Numbered from the stretch's first letter, positions 14,249 through 25,300 are shown. The stretch: 64,000 nt of DNA from an uncultured Acidobacteriota bacterium (GCA_963828465.1 CAWHEU010000022.1:4577-68576); one strand, 5' to 3'. A program made the numbers and translations. The notes: a model not told the origin generated them from the sequence alone.

Positions 14249-15337
14249 TCAGGGTCTCTCGACCGCCACCGCCTCACCGGTGCGGGAGGCCTCCTCGATC
14301 GCCAGCGTGGCGGCCAGGGTCACCAGCGCCTCCTTGCCGGTGGAGAGATGACATGGTGTGCCGGCGGTGAGATAGTCGAGCCACGTCCGTGTTTCCTCGG
14401 CGACCCGACCGAACATGCGCCCGTCCGCCCACTCGCCAGCGGACTGGCTCCCCAGGAAGTAGAGGTTGACTTCCTGTTCGCCGGCATAGGCGTTCTGATG
14501 GCCCTGCTCGGTGTAGAGCATCTGCTCGCGATGGTCGTCGTCGATAAGCAGCGCCCCCTCGGAGCCGAACATCTCGAACCGGATGCTCTGCCCTGTGGTG
14601 GGGAACCCCATGGGGAGCATGTAGCAGACGTCGAATCCGAACACCGACCCATCCGAGTAGGTGAGCGTGGCCGACGTGACATCGTCGACATCGAACCCGT
14701 TCTCCCTGAAGACGATGCCGTGACCACGGGCCAGCGCCTCCACCGGGACCACGTCCTCCCCGACGTACCAGCCGACCAGATCCACCAGATAGGTCAGGAC
14801 GTCCATGACCGGTGTGGCGTGGACACTGCGGCGCAGGATGGCCAAACCCTGGGCCCGGGTGGAATAGACCCTTGCCCATCCACCGACCACCTGGCCTATC
14901 GCTCCCCGGTGCACGTGGTCGCGACCGACGAAGTACTTCTGCAGGAATCGGGCGGAATAGGCGACCCGGAGATCAACGCCGGCGGCGGCGGCCTCCGCCA
15001 CCATCTTCGAGCCGCCCACGATCTCCAGCGCCAACGGCTTCTCGACCATGACCGGCCGTCCCGAAGCGCAGGCGGCCACCACCGCATCGACGTGGGTGTC
15101 CTCGGGAAGCGACACGATGACCGCGTCGACGCGGGGGTCGTCGATCACGGCTGCGAGATCGTCGCCATAGGCGTCTGCTTCGGTGGTCTTGGCCAGACGC
15201 TCCGCCGCCTCTAGCGATTTGTCCATGACCCGGAGGTACTCCACCCCGGGATGGGCTGCGGCCAGCCGGGCCCGGTGGGTCCCCATCCGCCCGGAGCCGA
15301 CCACTCCGAGCCCGATGCTGCGATGACTGCTCATCAT
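14249..15337 (-). CDS. Gfo/Idh/MocA family NAD(P)-dependent oxidoreductase
   Basis: N-terminal Rossmann IGLGVVGSGRMG, then EKPLAL. 362 aa. Immediately downstream of the ABC permease genes. Confidence 0.85.
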   Translation of the reverse strand: MMSSHRSIGLGVVGSGRMGTHRARLAAAHPGVEYLRVMDKSLEAAERLAKTTEADAYGDDLAAVIDDPRVDAVIVSLPEDTHVDAVVAACASGRPVMVEKPLALEIVGGSKMVAEAAAAGVDLRVAYSARFLQKYFVGRDHVHRGAIGQVVGGWARVYSTRAQGLAILRRSVHATPVMDVLTYLVDLVGWYVGEDVVPVEALARGHGIVFRENGFDVDDVTSATLTYSDGSVFGFDVCYMLPMGFPTTGQSIRFEMFGSEGALLIDDDHREQMLYTEQGHQNAYAGEQEVNLYFLGSQSAGEWADGRMFGRVAEETRTWLDYLTAGTPCHLSTGKEALVTLAATLAIEEASRTGEAVAVERP

Positions 15338-15345
15338 TGATTCTC

Positions 15346-16242
15346 CTATTTCGCAGACCCGGAAACGAGACCAGCCACCATGTACCGCTCGATTCGGTTG
15401 TACATGATCAGGAATGGCAGCACGGTGAGGAGGGCGAAGGCGGCCTCGGCGGGGAAGTTGGCGATGCCCTGCCCGGTCTGCAGCATGAACAACTCGAAGG
15501 GGAGAGTTCGCTTGCCTGGGGTCGAGGTCAGGACCAGGGCGAGGGTGAACTCGTTCCAGGCCTCCCGGAAGGCCAGAGCGGCGATGGTGATGGTGGCCGG
15601 GGCGGCCAGGGGAAGCACCACACCTCGGAGACGCTGCCAGAGCGTTGCCCCGTCGACGCTGGCCGCCTCCTCGATGTCACGTGGTATCTGCTGGATGAAA
15701 CCGACCAGTAGCCACACCGCCAGCGGTAGGAGCGTCCCCGTATAGACGAAGATCAGCGTCGTGAGCTTGTCCAGCTGCCCGGTCTCCGCCGCCAGACGGT
15801 AGAGAGGAATCATGGTGCCCAGGCTGGGGACGAGCCGGGGGAGCAGCACCAGAAGCAGTAGGAGGTGTCTGCCCCGGAACCGGAACCGGGCGAAGGCATA
15901 GGCGGCGGGGACGGCCAGCAAGATGGTGAGCAGGGCGGTGCCGAATCCGACGATCACGCTGTTCCAGAAAGCGGCCCGGAAGTTGGGGTCGGCCAGGACC
16001 TGCTGGTAGGCCTGGATGGTCGGGTTCTCCGGGATGAGGTTGTAGTTGGCGAACGTCTCACCCTTGGTCTTGAAGGAGACCGAGATGGTCACCAGGAACG
16101 GGATGACGGTCCACAGCACCAAACCGATCAACGGCAGAGACAGCACCAACCGGCGAACCCACCGGCCCCGACGTGACAGACCAGGAGTGCTGGAGCCCCG
16201 CACCGTGGGCCCGGCCTCCTCGCGCGCCGTGGTGCCCACCAT
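15346..16242 (-). CDS. carbohydrate ABC transporter permease (MalG/BPD_transp_1-like)
   Basis: Six TM segments. EAA-like loop ...IEEAASVDGATLWQRLRGVVLPLAAP. Start ATG overlaps the upstream stop (TGATG on the minus strand). Confidence 0.85.
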   Translation of the reverse strand: MVGTTAREEAGPTVRGSSTPGLSRRGRWVRRLVLSLPLIGLVLWTVIPFLVTISVSFKTKGETFANYNLIPENPTIQAYQQVLADPNFRAAFWNSVIVGFGTALLTILLAVPAAYAFARFRFRGRHLLLLLVLLPRLVPSLGTMIPLYRLAAETGQLDKLTTLIFVYTGTLLPLAVWLLVGFIQQIPRDIEEAASVDGATLWQRLRGVVLPLAAPATITIAALAFREAWNEFTLALVLTSTPGKRTLPFELFMLQTGQGIANFPAEAAFALLTVLPFLIMYNRIERYMVAGLVSGSAK

Positions 16243-17184
16243 CAGAGAGCGACCTCGTAGCGGCGGGAGACCCGAACGTAGGAAAGGGTGAGCAGGGCGT
16301 TGAGCACCAGGATGAAGGTGGCGATGGCCAGTGCCCGGTTGAACTCCAATGACCTGAAGGCGGTCAGGTACATGTCCATGGCGAGGGTGGTGGTGGCATT
16401 GAGCGGCCCGCCCCCGGTCAACGCCAGGACCACTCCCAATCCGGTCAGCGTCGAGTAACTCAGCCAGACGGTGCTGATCACGATCTGAGGTGTGAGCAGC
16501 GGCATGGTGACGTATCTCGCCCGGGTCCAGCCGGTAGCGCCATCGACGAGCGCCGCATCGAGGTACGACCTGTCGATCGTCATCAACCCGCCGAGGAGGA
16601 GGAGGATCGTCAACGGGAGATCGGTCCACACCTGGGCGAAGATGACCACCAGCATCGCTGTCACCGGCTGGGACAGCCACGACGGCCCGTCGATCCCGAT
16701 CTGGCCGAGCAAGCCGTTCACCAGGCCGAACTGGGAGTTGAACAGGATGCGGAACATCAAGGCGGCGGCCACGTTCGAGATCAGGTACGGGCGCGAGCGA
16801 GATCGACCTCAGGAATCGTGCCCGCCCGACCACCTGGAACAGGGCGAATGCGAAGAGCAGCCCGAGGGTGGTCCCGACGATCAGACAGCCTCCGACGAAG
16901 ATGAATGTGCGAATCAGGGAGCTCCAGAACATCTCGTCCTGAAACATCTCGGCGTAGTTCTGGAGGCCGACCCACTCCTCTGGAGCGCCGAGGATCTCGG
17001 GCCGGAACAGGCTCTCCCAGACGCCGTACAGCACGGGAAAGGCCAGAACCGCCGCAACGACGATGATCGTTGGCAGTGAGAACAGATACGGAGTCGACCG
17101 CCCCTGGCCGAGCATGACGCTGTTGTTGGGGTCGGACGGACGCGGCTCCCGTTTTCGGCGGGCCCGCTCGGCGAGCGCCGTCAT
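16242..17184 (-). CDS. carbohydrate ABC transporter permease (MalF-like); 1-nt frameshift near 16795-16805
   Basis: The N-terminal frame (…FLRSISLAP) and the C-terminal frame (…PYLISNVAAALMFRILFNSQFGLVNGLLG…DAALVDGATGWTRARYVTMP) join only after a 1-nt shift in gcgcccgtacc. Confidence 0.75.
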
Positions 17185-17273
17185 GTGTCCACTCTCAGTC
17201 CTCCAGCCGGCCGCAGACGCGCCCGCCCCGGCTGAGCGGGACGGGCACGCAGGTCATAGGTTGATGTTCCGGC

Positions 17274-18593
17274 CTATAGCTCGTCGAGTTGTGGTTGATA
17301 CTCGTCGGCCAGCTCTTGAGCGGTCTTGTCGGTGCCCACCACGATCTCGCCGAACATCTGCTCCAGCACGGCTTCGACATCGCCACCGTTGAGCGCGGCC
17401 GGGACTGAAGCGCTTCCGGCGTACGCCTCCCGGAGCTGATCGGTGAAGAACGGCCAGATCTCATCCAACCGGGGGTCGGCGAGGTGTCTCGAGTTGCGCA
17501 TCGGCACCGACCCATTGGCCGCCGCATCGACCAGCGTCTCGTTGACATAACGCATGGCGAGGCCAGCCTCGTACGGATGCTCGGTGCCGCTGGTGAGGAA
17601 CCAGGTCCGGGCGTTCGAGATCTGGTGGCCGTCTATCTGAGCACCGGTCTGTGAAGCCGGGACGGGGATAACGCCCCACACGGTCTCATAATCGAAGCCG
17701 GGTTCCTCGCCAAGGTCGCCGGCCACCGTGAAGCCGTCGAGGATCATCGCAGCGTCCTGAGCCAGGAAGACGCCTCGCGCCTGGTCCTCGTCCCAGCTGA
17801 TGGCGTCCGGGGGCATGAGACCCTCTTCAGCGGCAGTCAGGAACCACTCCAAGGTGTAGATGCCACCCGGCGACTGCAGGTCGGGGGTCGCGCCCTCGAA
17901 GGGAGCGCCCGCGGCGCTGAGGAAGGTCTTGAACAAGGTGACGCCGGTGGTCGGCAATGCCTGCACGGTGAGCGGGATCCCGTCCGGCCGGGCTGTCTTG
18001 GCTGCCCGCAATGCCTCGAGGACGCCGTCGAGAGAGTCGATGGTCGACGGGTCGACCCCGGCCTCTTCCATCCACGGGACGTTGAAATAGAAGATGTCGA
18101 AGTTGGCGGTCAGGGATGAACCGAGAGTCTGCCCTTCGAGCAGGTTCTCCTCCCAGGCGATGGGCAGGATGTTGGCGAACTCCTCGGGGTCCTCCTCCTC
18201 CCACGTCGCCATTTCCTCGTCGAAGGGCATGACCAACCCGGCCGCGTTGTAAGCCTCGATCAGGAAGGTGTCGTCCTGGACGAGGTCAGGCATCGGCTGA
18301 TCTGCGTCCTGCATGCGCTGCAGCTGCTGGAGGATGTCGTCGTTCGCCTGGACGTCCAGGGTCACGTGGATCTCTCCCTCGTGCCGTTCGTTGAAGGCGT
18401 CGTAGTTGTCCGGTGGGGCATACCAATCACGAGATGCCCACACGAGGAGCTCGACCGGCTCGCCTCCTCCCTCAGCTCCTGTGCCGCCCGTCGTGGTGTC
18501 GGTCGATTCGCCACTATCGCAGGCAGCGAGAACCAGCACCATCGCCAGGAACAGCGACCCGAACCGGACAGCTCGTCTTGATTGCGACTTCAT
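17274..18593 (-). CDS. ABC transporter substrate-binding lipoprotein (extracellular solute-binding family 1, sugar-type)
   Basis: MKSQSRRAVRFGSLFLAMVLVLAAC gives a lipobox (LAAC). RBS GGAGGAGGA lies upstream of the ATG at 18593. SBP-like sequence. The ORF extends to 18656. Confidence 0.85.
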   Translation of the reverse strand: MKSQSRRAVRFGSLFLAMVLVLAACDSGESTDTTTGGTGAEGGGEPVELLVWASRDWYAPPDNYDAFNERHEGEIHVTLDVQANDDILQQLQRMQDADQPMPDLVQDDTFLIEAYNAAGLVMPFDEEMATWEEEDPEEFANILPIAWEENLLEGQTLGSSLTANFDIFYFNVPWMEEAGVDPSTIDSLDGVLEALRAAKTARPDGIPLTVQALPTTGVTLFKTFLSAAGAPFEGATPDLQSPGGIYTLEWFLTAAEEGLMPPDAISWDEDQARGVFLAQDAAMILDGFTVAGDLGEEPGFDYETVWGVIPVPASQTGAQIDGHQISNARTWFLTSGTEHPYEAGLAMRYVNETLVDAAANGSVPMRNSRHLADPRLDEIWPFFTDQLREAYAGSASVPAALNGGDVEAVLEQMFGEIVVGTDKTAQELADEYQPQLDEL

Positions 18594-18747
18594 CCCTGGT
18601 CCTCCTCCGTGGTACCTGAATGTGTTGCCTGGCGGGTTGGACTCGCCATCCTGCAATATACGTGATGCATGATATCCGTGCGGCGTCGAGCAGGGAATGG
18701 CGATTGCTAGGCAAATACCTCGGTTCGAATCGAGCTCCTAGGGACGA
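18594..18747. promoter_or_regulatory. promoter/operator region of the sugar ABC operon, with an AT-rich element ATATACGTGATGCATGATAT
   Basis: Upstream of the SBP start on the minus strand. An isolated AT-rich stretch with an internal ATGCAT palindrome. Confidence 0.3.
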
Positions 18748-19113
18748 TCAGGAGAAGAACTCGGTGATCGCCGCGGTGTCGTCGGAGAAGGCCCAGCGGT
18801 GGGTGACCTTGCCGTCGCGAATGTGATAGATCTCGGCCACCTTGTAGTCGAGGGTTCGGCCATCCCTCTTGCCGGTGGCGTTGATCAGAGCGATGGCATG
18901 TTCGTCGTTGGCGACGACGTCGTGGACCGACCCGTCGATCTCCCAGAGACCAGCCTGCTCCTCCATGTGGGCCAGCAAGGCTGCCTTGCCGACTATCGGC
19001 TCATCCCGGCCGATCTCCCACCATTCGACGGCATCGTCGATGCCGTTGGCATAGTCCTCGACTTCTCCTTCGAAGTATTGGCGAACCAGCGCCGCGTTGG
19101 GGTGGTCTGTCAT
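18748..19113 (-). CDS. SnoaL-like/NTF2-like (ketosteroid isomerase-fold) small protein
   Basis: 121 aa. MTDHPNAALVRQYFEG...HIRDGKVTHRWAFSD is typical of the SnoaL_2/limonene-epoxide-hydrolase-like fold. Confidence 0.65.
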   Translation of the reverse strand: MTDHPNAALVRQYFEGEVEDYANGIDDAVEWWEIGRDEPIVGKAALLAHMEEQAGLWEIDGSVHDVVANDEHAIALINATGKRDGRTLDYKVAEIYHIRDGKVTHRWAFSDDTAAITEFFS

Positions 19114-19244
19114 ATGGGCCTCCTTCGTCCGGCCGCTTCCGACACAAACCTACGCCTCGGCAGGTTGCCAATGGGTGGCCTCAGTAGAGCCTGATCAACG
19201 ACGGCGCGGCGGCGTAGCCTGATACCGCGCACGGACAGGGGGAC

Positions 19245-20812
19245 ATGACCGGAAGCACATCGCTTTGGGGAACGACCTACTTCCTGGCGCTGTTCGCCGC
19301 GATACTGGCCCTTCCCACCAGCTGGTTTCTCTTCCGTCGCTACCGGCGGTCGATTCTTCGGCTGATGAACGAGCGCTCCTCTGGCGATCAGATGGCGGAG
19401 GACATTGGTCCGATCCCTGACCACCCCCGGCCCACGGCGTCACCGCACACCGACGTCATCGAGGCGGGGTTGCGACGGAACGTGATCGTGGTGGTCATCG
19501 TCGCACTCGTCTCCGCGTTCGCCTTCGCCGCGTTGTTCCTGGTCTGGAACGAAGTCGGCCTCTCGGTCTGGCGGCTCTCGACCTTCGGCATTCTCTACTC
19601 CTGGCCGGCGGTGATCGGAGTCTGGATCGTCACCGGCGGGCGGCGACGATGGGTCCTTACTTCCCTGGCCGTGTACTTCGTCTCTCTGGCTATCGCCGTG
19701 ACCGTCGCCGGCGGCTCATGGGACGTGCCGGCGCAGTTGTTCCTGTTCAGCCTGGTCCCCACCGCGGCGATCATCGGGTTCCTCTCCCGCCGCTTTCGCG
19801 GTGTGGGCGCTTTGGTGCTCGGCACGATGATGCTTGCCCTGGCCGGCTCTCAAGCCTTCGCTTTCACCGTTTTCGGTAACGAGGTCTTGATCACAGCTTG
19901 GGCCGAGATTCTCACTGCGCTCGGCGTCACCAGCGGCATGGTGGCGTGGTTGGCTCTGATTGGGGTGGGGTTCGTGTTGTCCCTCCTCCTCGGAGTCGTC
20001 GCAACCAGGCTGCTGGCTGGGTGGTACGCGCGATTTGGCTTCTCGGATCAGATGCTGCTCCTCGGCTCGACCTTCCTGGTCTTCGCCGTCGACCAATCCG
20101 GGTCGGCGAGCACGACGGAGGGAGGCCCCTTTGGAATAGGGCTGCTCATCTATGTCGCCGCCGCCGTGGTCGCCTTCGTTCTGTATCGCCTCATCCATCG
20201 CCGAGCCGGTGGACCCGTCAACTCTGCTGATGCTCAGGGTGTTCTCATCCGACCCCACACGCCAACGTCTGCTCGACCAGATCGCGTCCAAATGGCGGTA
20301 TCTCGGCCCGGTCATGATGATCGGAGGGCCTGACCTGGCCGTGAACAACGTCGAGCCGGATGAATTCCTCGCCTTCGTGAGCGGCCGGACGCGGCGACTC
20401 TTCGTCAGCGGCCCCGAAGATCTCGCCGAGAGGATTGCGGAGCCTCGAGATACGGACCGACCGGGACGCCCGCTACCGGATCGACGAGTTCTTCTGTTTC
20501 GACGACACGTGGCGTTCCACCGTGAGCGAGCTGCTCGCACATAGCGACGCCGTGGTCATGGACCTGCGTTCGTTTGGCCCCGAGAACCGGGGGTCGAGCC
20601 ACGAACTAGAGCTGCTCGCCTCACGAGGCGCATTGGGCCGGACCGTCCTTCTGGTGGACCAGAGCACCGATCGCGCCCTGCTCGACACGATCCTCGCTTC
20701 AGTGCCTGAGTCCAAGCCCCCACCGTTCTCGTGCGTCCACGACGACCAAGCCGATGAGGCGACGCTGGCCTGCCTGGCAGCAGTTGAGGACGCCGTTGCA
20801 AGTCACGGGTAG
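19245..20812 (+). CDS. polytopic membrane protein (~8 TM) with a cytoplasmic C-terminal domain of unknown function; two apparent frameshifts (~20205 and ~20460)
   Basis: Three consecutive ORFs (19245.., 20152.., 20435..) are in three different frames. Each carries protein-like sequence: TM helices, then TLLMLRVFSSDPTRQRLLDQIASKWRYLGPVMMIGGPDLA…, then RYRIDEFFCFDDTWRSTVSELLAHSDAVVMDLRSFG…. This suggests one gene broken by indels. Confidence 0.5.
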
Positions 20813-20892
20813 TCGACCATCGGTAGCCTGGATGTCCCACGAATGAAGGGATTCTGACCATCGTCGATCCCTGAGGTCTGAAGGGGGGACTA

Positions 20893-22398
20893 ATGACCGG
20901 CGCAATGTCGGCACCGAATCCGACATCGCGTCCCAGTGACGCTGTCTTCATCAGCTACACACACGTAGACAACAAGCCGTTCGGCCCCGAGAAGCAACGT
21001 TGGATATCGCTCCTCGACGAGCATCTGAGCGTTCGACTCGAGCAACTTGCACCAGAGCATCACGTGTCGGTGTGGCGGGACGACAAGCTCCAAGGCAACG
21101 ACGTGTTCTCCGAGTCGCTGAAGGAGCGACTGGGGGAGGTAGCAGTGTTGATTTCGGTGTGTTCGCCCAGGTACTTGGTCTCGGAGTGGTGTCAGAGAGA
21201 ACTCAATGAGTTCGTGCAGGCCCAGGCGAAGCGGGGGCTCGAAGTAGGGACGAAGAGTCGGGTATTCAAGGTGATGAAGACACCGGTGCCTCTAGACGAA
21301 CTCCCTCCTCCGCTCGCTCCGCTGTTGGGGTACGAGTTCTATGAGGTATTGCCGGAAGGCGACCACTTTCGAGAATTCCTTCTCAACCCGAATGAGGAGG
21401 CGCGATGGAAGTTCTACGCTCGAGCGGACGATCTCGCCCAGGACATCGCCGATCTGCTCGACGAGTTGGCCGATGAGGCCGTCCGCCCCGAACCGGTCAC
21501 CTCCAGCACCGTGTATCTAGCTGCGACCACATCGGATGTCTCGGAGGGCCGGGACGACCTCAAGCGGGAACTGCAGCGACGCGGCTTCCGGGTATTTCCC
21601 GATCGCGACCTGCCTTTCGTGGCAGACGACCTGTCAGCGGCCATCACTGGCTGGTTGTCCGAGTCGGACTTCTCGATCCATCTCCTCGGTGCCCGGTACG
21701 GCGCCAGGCCAGAGGGTGACGATCGGTCGATTCCCGACCTGCAACTGGAGCTTGCCCGAGGGTTCGCCAACCGACAGGTTCTGACTCAGCTCATCTGCAT
21801 CAACGACGGGCACGAGGTGGTTGAAGAAGAGCAGGTCGAACTCATCGAGAGAGTCGAGACGACGAACGTCGGCCGAGGAGTCGAAGTGGTGAAGGCTCCG
21901 TTCGATAGGTTCAAGGAACATGTCCTGGACACGATGTCTCGGAGCCCGCTGGCGACAAAAGTGGATACCGGAGCAGAGGGTAGGACCGTCTACCTCGCCT
22001 ACGACCGGGTAGACAGCGAGGCAGCTGAAGCGCTGCAGACCTTGATCGAGGATCGGGGGTACAACGTTTTGTCGCCACTCATGGAGGGATCCGAGTCTGA
22101 AGTGCGTGAAGTCCACGAAACATCGATGGTGCTGAGTGACGCAGTGCTGATCTACTACGGCAAATGCACTGAGCACTGGGTGCGAATGCGGCTCTTCGAT
22201 CTCATGAAAGTGCGCGGGTGGGGCAGAACTGAGCCTTACCTGGCTCAAGCCCTGTGGGTCGGTGCTCCCGACACGCCACACAAGGCGAAGGTGCACATCA
22301 CACAGACTCTGCTCCTGAACGGCATGGCCGATCCCGCGCTGACGGCACTCGAGCCATTCCTCGTACGTCTGGAAGGGCGCGACGCGAGCAACGGATGA
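20893..22398 (+). CDS. TIR-domain protein (N-terminal canonical TIR plus two further degenerate TIR-like modules)
   Basis: DAVFISYTHVDNK…WRDDKLQGNDVF…AVLISVCSPRYLVSEWCQRELNEF is a textbook bacterial TIR. Two later blocks beginning TVYLAATTSD… and RTVYLAYDRVDSEAAEALQ… repeat the fold signature. Stop overlaps the next start (ATGA at 22395). Confidence 0.8.
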   Translation: MTGAMSAPNPTSRPSDAVFISYTHVDNKPFGPEKQRWISLLDEHLSVRLEQLAPEHHVSVWRDDKLQGNDVFSESLKERLGEVAVLISVCSPRYLVSEWCQRELNEFVQAQAKRGLEVGTKSRVFKVMKTPVPLDELPPPLAPLLGYEFYEVLPEGDHFREFLLNPNEEARWKFYARADDLAQDIADLLDELADEAVRPEPVTSSTVYLAATTSDVSEGRDDLKRELQRRGFRVFPDRDLPFVADDLSAAITGWLSESDFSIHLLGARYGARPEGDDRSIPDLQLELARGFANRQVLTQLICINDGHEVVEEEQVELIERVETTNVGRGVEVVKAPFDRFKEHVLDTMSRSPLATKVDTGAEGRTVYLAYDRVDSEAAEALQTLIEDRGYNVLSPLMEGSESEVREVHETSMVLSDAVLIYYGKCTEHWVRMRLFDLMKVRGWGRTEPYLAQALWVGAPDTPHKAKVHITQTLLLNGMADPALTALEPFLVRLEGRDASNG

Positions 22399-25300
22399 CG
22401 GCTACGTCCCCACTATTCAATCCCTTCCCCGGTCTTCGGCCGTTTCGCGAGGACGAGACACCTCTCTTCTTCGGCCGAGATGCCCAGATCGACGAGCTCC
22501 TCGCCGAACTGGGTAGGTCCCGATTCGTAGCAGTCATGGGAGCCTCCGGAAGCGGTAAGTCGTCCCTGGTCACCGCAGGGCTTCTGCCCGCGCTCCAGGG
22601 TGGACTCTCACCGCGATTGGGGGCCAATTGGCGCATCGCCAGCTTGCGCCCCGGGGGCGACCCGGTGCGCAACCTGGCCAGGGCCCTCGTCGAACCCGGC
22701 GTCCTCGATCGAGACGGCTCCGATGAGACCAGAGGCGTCGATCAAACGGAGGCGTTGCTCAGACGAAGCGGTCTTGGTCTCGCCGATCTGGCAAGACGTG
22801 ACGAGAGCCTGAGAGACGGCCGCCTACTGGTCGTTGTCGACCAGTTCGAGGAGTTGTTCCGATTTCAGGACGCTGGGGGCAGGGCACACGACGGCGCGGA
22901 CAATCCGGCATTCGTCCGGCTCCTGATCGAGGCTGTCGCCGACGAATCCAACGTGAGTGTGATCTTGACCATGCGATCCGACTACTTGGGGGATTGTTCC
23001 CAGTTCGACCAGCTGCCCGAGACGATCAACCAAGGGCTCTATCTCGTTCCCCGGCTTACACGCACGCAGCTCCGCGGGGCGATCACCGGTCCAGTCGCCG
23101 TCGGGGGCGGAACGATTGCCCCTCGACTTGTGCAACGGCTCCTGAACGACGCCGGCGCGGATCCCGACCAGCTGCCCGTGTTGCAGCACGCCCTGATGAG
23201 GATCTGGGACCTGTGGACTGGGGACGTGACTGCTCCTGGGCCAATCGACCTCGAGCATTACGAGGCTGCCGGCGGACTCGAGGAGGCGCTCGCCCGGCAT
23301 GCCGACGAGGCATATGACGATCTGACCGACGATCGGAGCCGGCGGATCGCGGAGCTTGCCTTCAAGCGCCTCACTGAGCTCGGAAACGATGGTCGCGAGG
23401 GCCGTCACCCGGCCACGTTGGCCGAGATCGCCTCTGTTGCAGATGCCACGGTCGAAGAAACGCGCGAGGTGATCCGTCACTTCGAGCAGCCGGGAAGATC
23501 CTTCGTCATGGTGTCTGATGACGGAGTCGTCGACATCTCCCACGAAAGCCTCATTCGCCAATGGCCGAGACTCCGTGACTGGGTTGGCGAGGAGGCGGCC
23601 TCCCGAGACACGTATCACCGGCTGGCCGAGTCCGCCGGCCGATGGCGTCGAGGTGAGGCTGCTCTCATGCGAGATCCGGATCTGCAGCTAGCTGTGAACT
23701 GGTGGACGGACAACCAGCCGAGCGGTGCCTGGGCCGAGCGGTACGGCTCGACATTCCAGGACGCAGCCGACTACCTGGATCGGAGCCGCAAAGCCGAGAG
23801 AAGCCGGCGGCTTCTGACGTGGTCCGGTGTCGCAGGGCTGGGCGTCCTGGCAGTCCTGTTCGCGGTGTTGGCTGTATGGGCGATAACGGCAGAACAGGAC
23901 GCGAAGTATCAGGAACGTCTTGCTGTCGGAAGGCAACTCTCCGCGGTCTCGACCGAGCACGGACCGGAGCGTCGGACAACCAGCATCCTCACCGCATTGG
24001 AGGCTCTTCGGACTACCGAGACCGACGGACTGCGTCTCCCGGAGGCCGAGGAGGCACTGCGTGCTGCGATGCACGACCCGCTCGGCATCCGACTCCCCGG
24101 CCAGCCGGGTCAGCTCGGCCATGACGAGGATGTGACGACACTGGGTTTCAGTCCCGACGGGAGATGGTTGGCGACGGGTAGCGCTGACGACACGGTGTTG
24201 CTATGGGATCTGGAGGACACGGAAGGGGACCCGCGTCCGTTGCCCGGTCATGCCGACGACGTGGTGGCGTTGGCGTTCAGCCCCGACGCCCGTTGGTTGG
24301 CCACCGGCAGTCTCGACGGCACCGCCATGTTGTGGGACCTGGAAGATGCGGAAGCCAAGCCCCGGATCCTGGACGGCCATACAGATGAGGTGACATCACT
24401 TGCCTTCAGCCCCGATGGCAGCTGGCTTGCCACCGGGAGCGTCGACGAAACCATCCAGCTCCGTGAATTGGACAACCCGGATCTCGTGGCCCGTGTCCTC
24501 CAGAGCGAGGCGGGATTCATCCTCTGCCTGGCCTTCAGCCCTGACGAGAGGTGGCTGGCGGCCGGCACTGGCACCGGCGTCGGGTATCTGTGGGACATGG
24601 GGAATCCCGGCGGCGACCCCGAGACGCTCAGCGGTCACAACGATGCTGTGGTCGCTGTCGCTTTCAGCCGTGACGGTGCTTCGCTGGCCACCGGGAGCAG
24701 GGATGCGACGATCCGGCTATGGGACCCCGACGTTCCGACCAATCCGTTTGCCAGGCTGGAACAAGGCGACGCGGTGCTCGGCCTGGTGCTCAGCTCCGAC
24801 GGGAGATGGCTAGCCACCGGCGGTGAGGACAACGCCGCCCGTGTTTGGGACCTCCAGCGGTTGAGAGGATCCCCTGACCCGTCACTAGTCCTCGTGCACT
24901 CCGGCCCCGTGGAACGGGTCTCCTTCAGTGCTGACAACCGCTGGCTGGCCACCGGTGGTCCTGGTGACCCGGCTCGGCTCTTCCAGGTCAACGACGCGTC
25001 TCTGCCGCCCGTGGTGCTCGCCGGCCCGGTCACGGCCCTCGGGTTCAGCACCGACGACCGATGGCTGGCGATCGGATCGGATCAGGGCTCGGCTCGCCTT
25101 TGGGGGACGGACCAACTCCCAACACAACCGGCAGTGCTCGATCACGACGACAAGGTCTCAGCGATCGAATTTGGCCCGGACGGTCGTGTGGCCACGGGGA
25201 CCACAGCCAATGTCACGCGTCTGTGGAGTCTCGACGACCCTTCGGCTGAGCCCGAAGTGCTAGCGCAAACGGATTTCGGGTTCGATATGGCACAGGTGGA

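Noticed and set aside
18700-18760. tRNA-like T-loop sequence GGTTCGAATCG
   Set aside because: No acceptor stem or anticodon arm can be formed around it, and the T-loop would be 8 nt. Most likely a coincidental match in an intergenic region.
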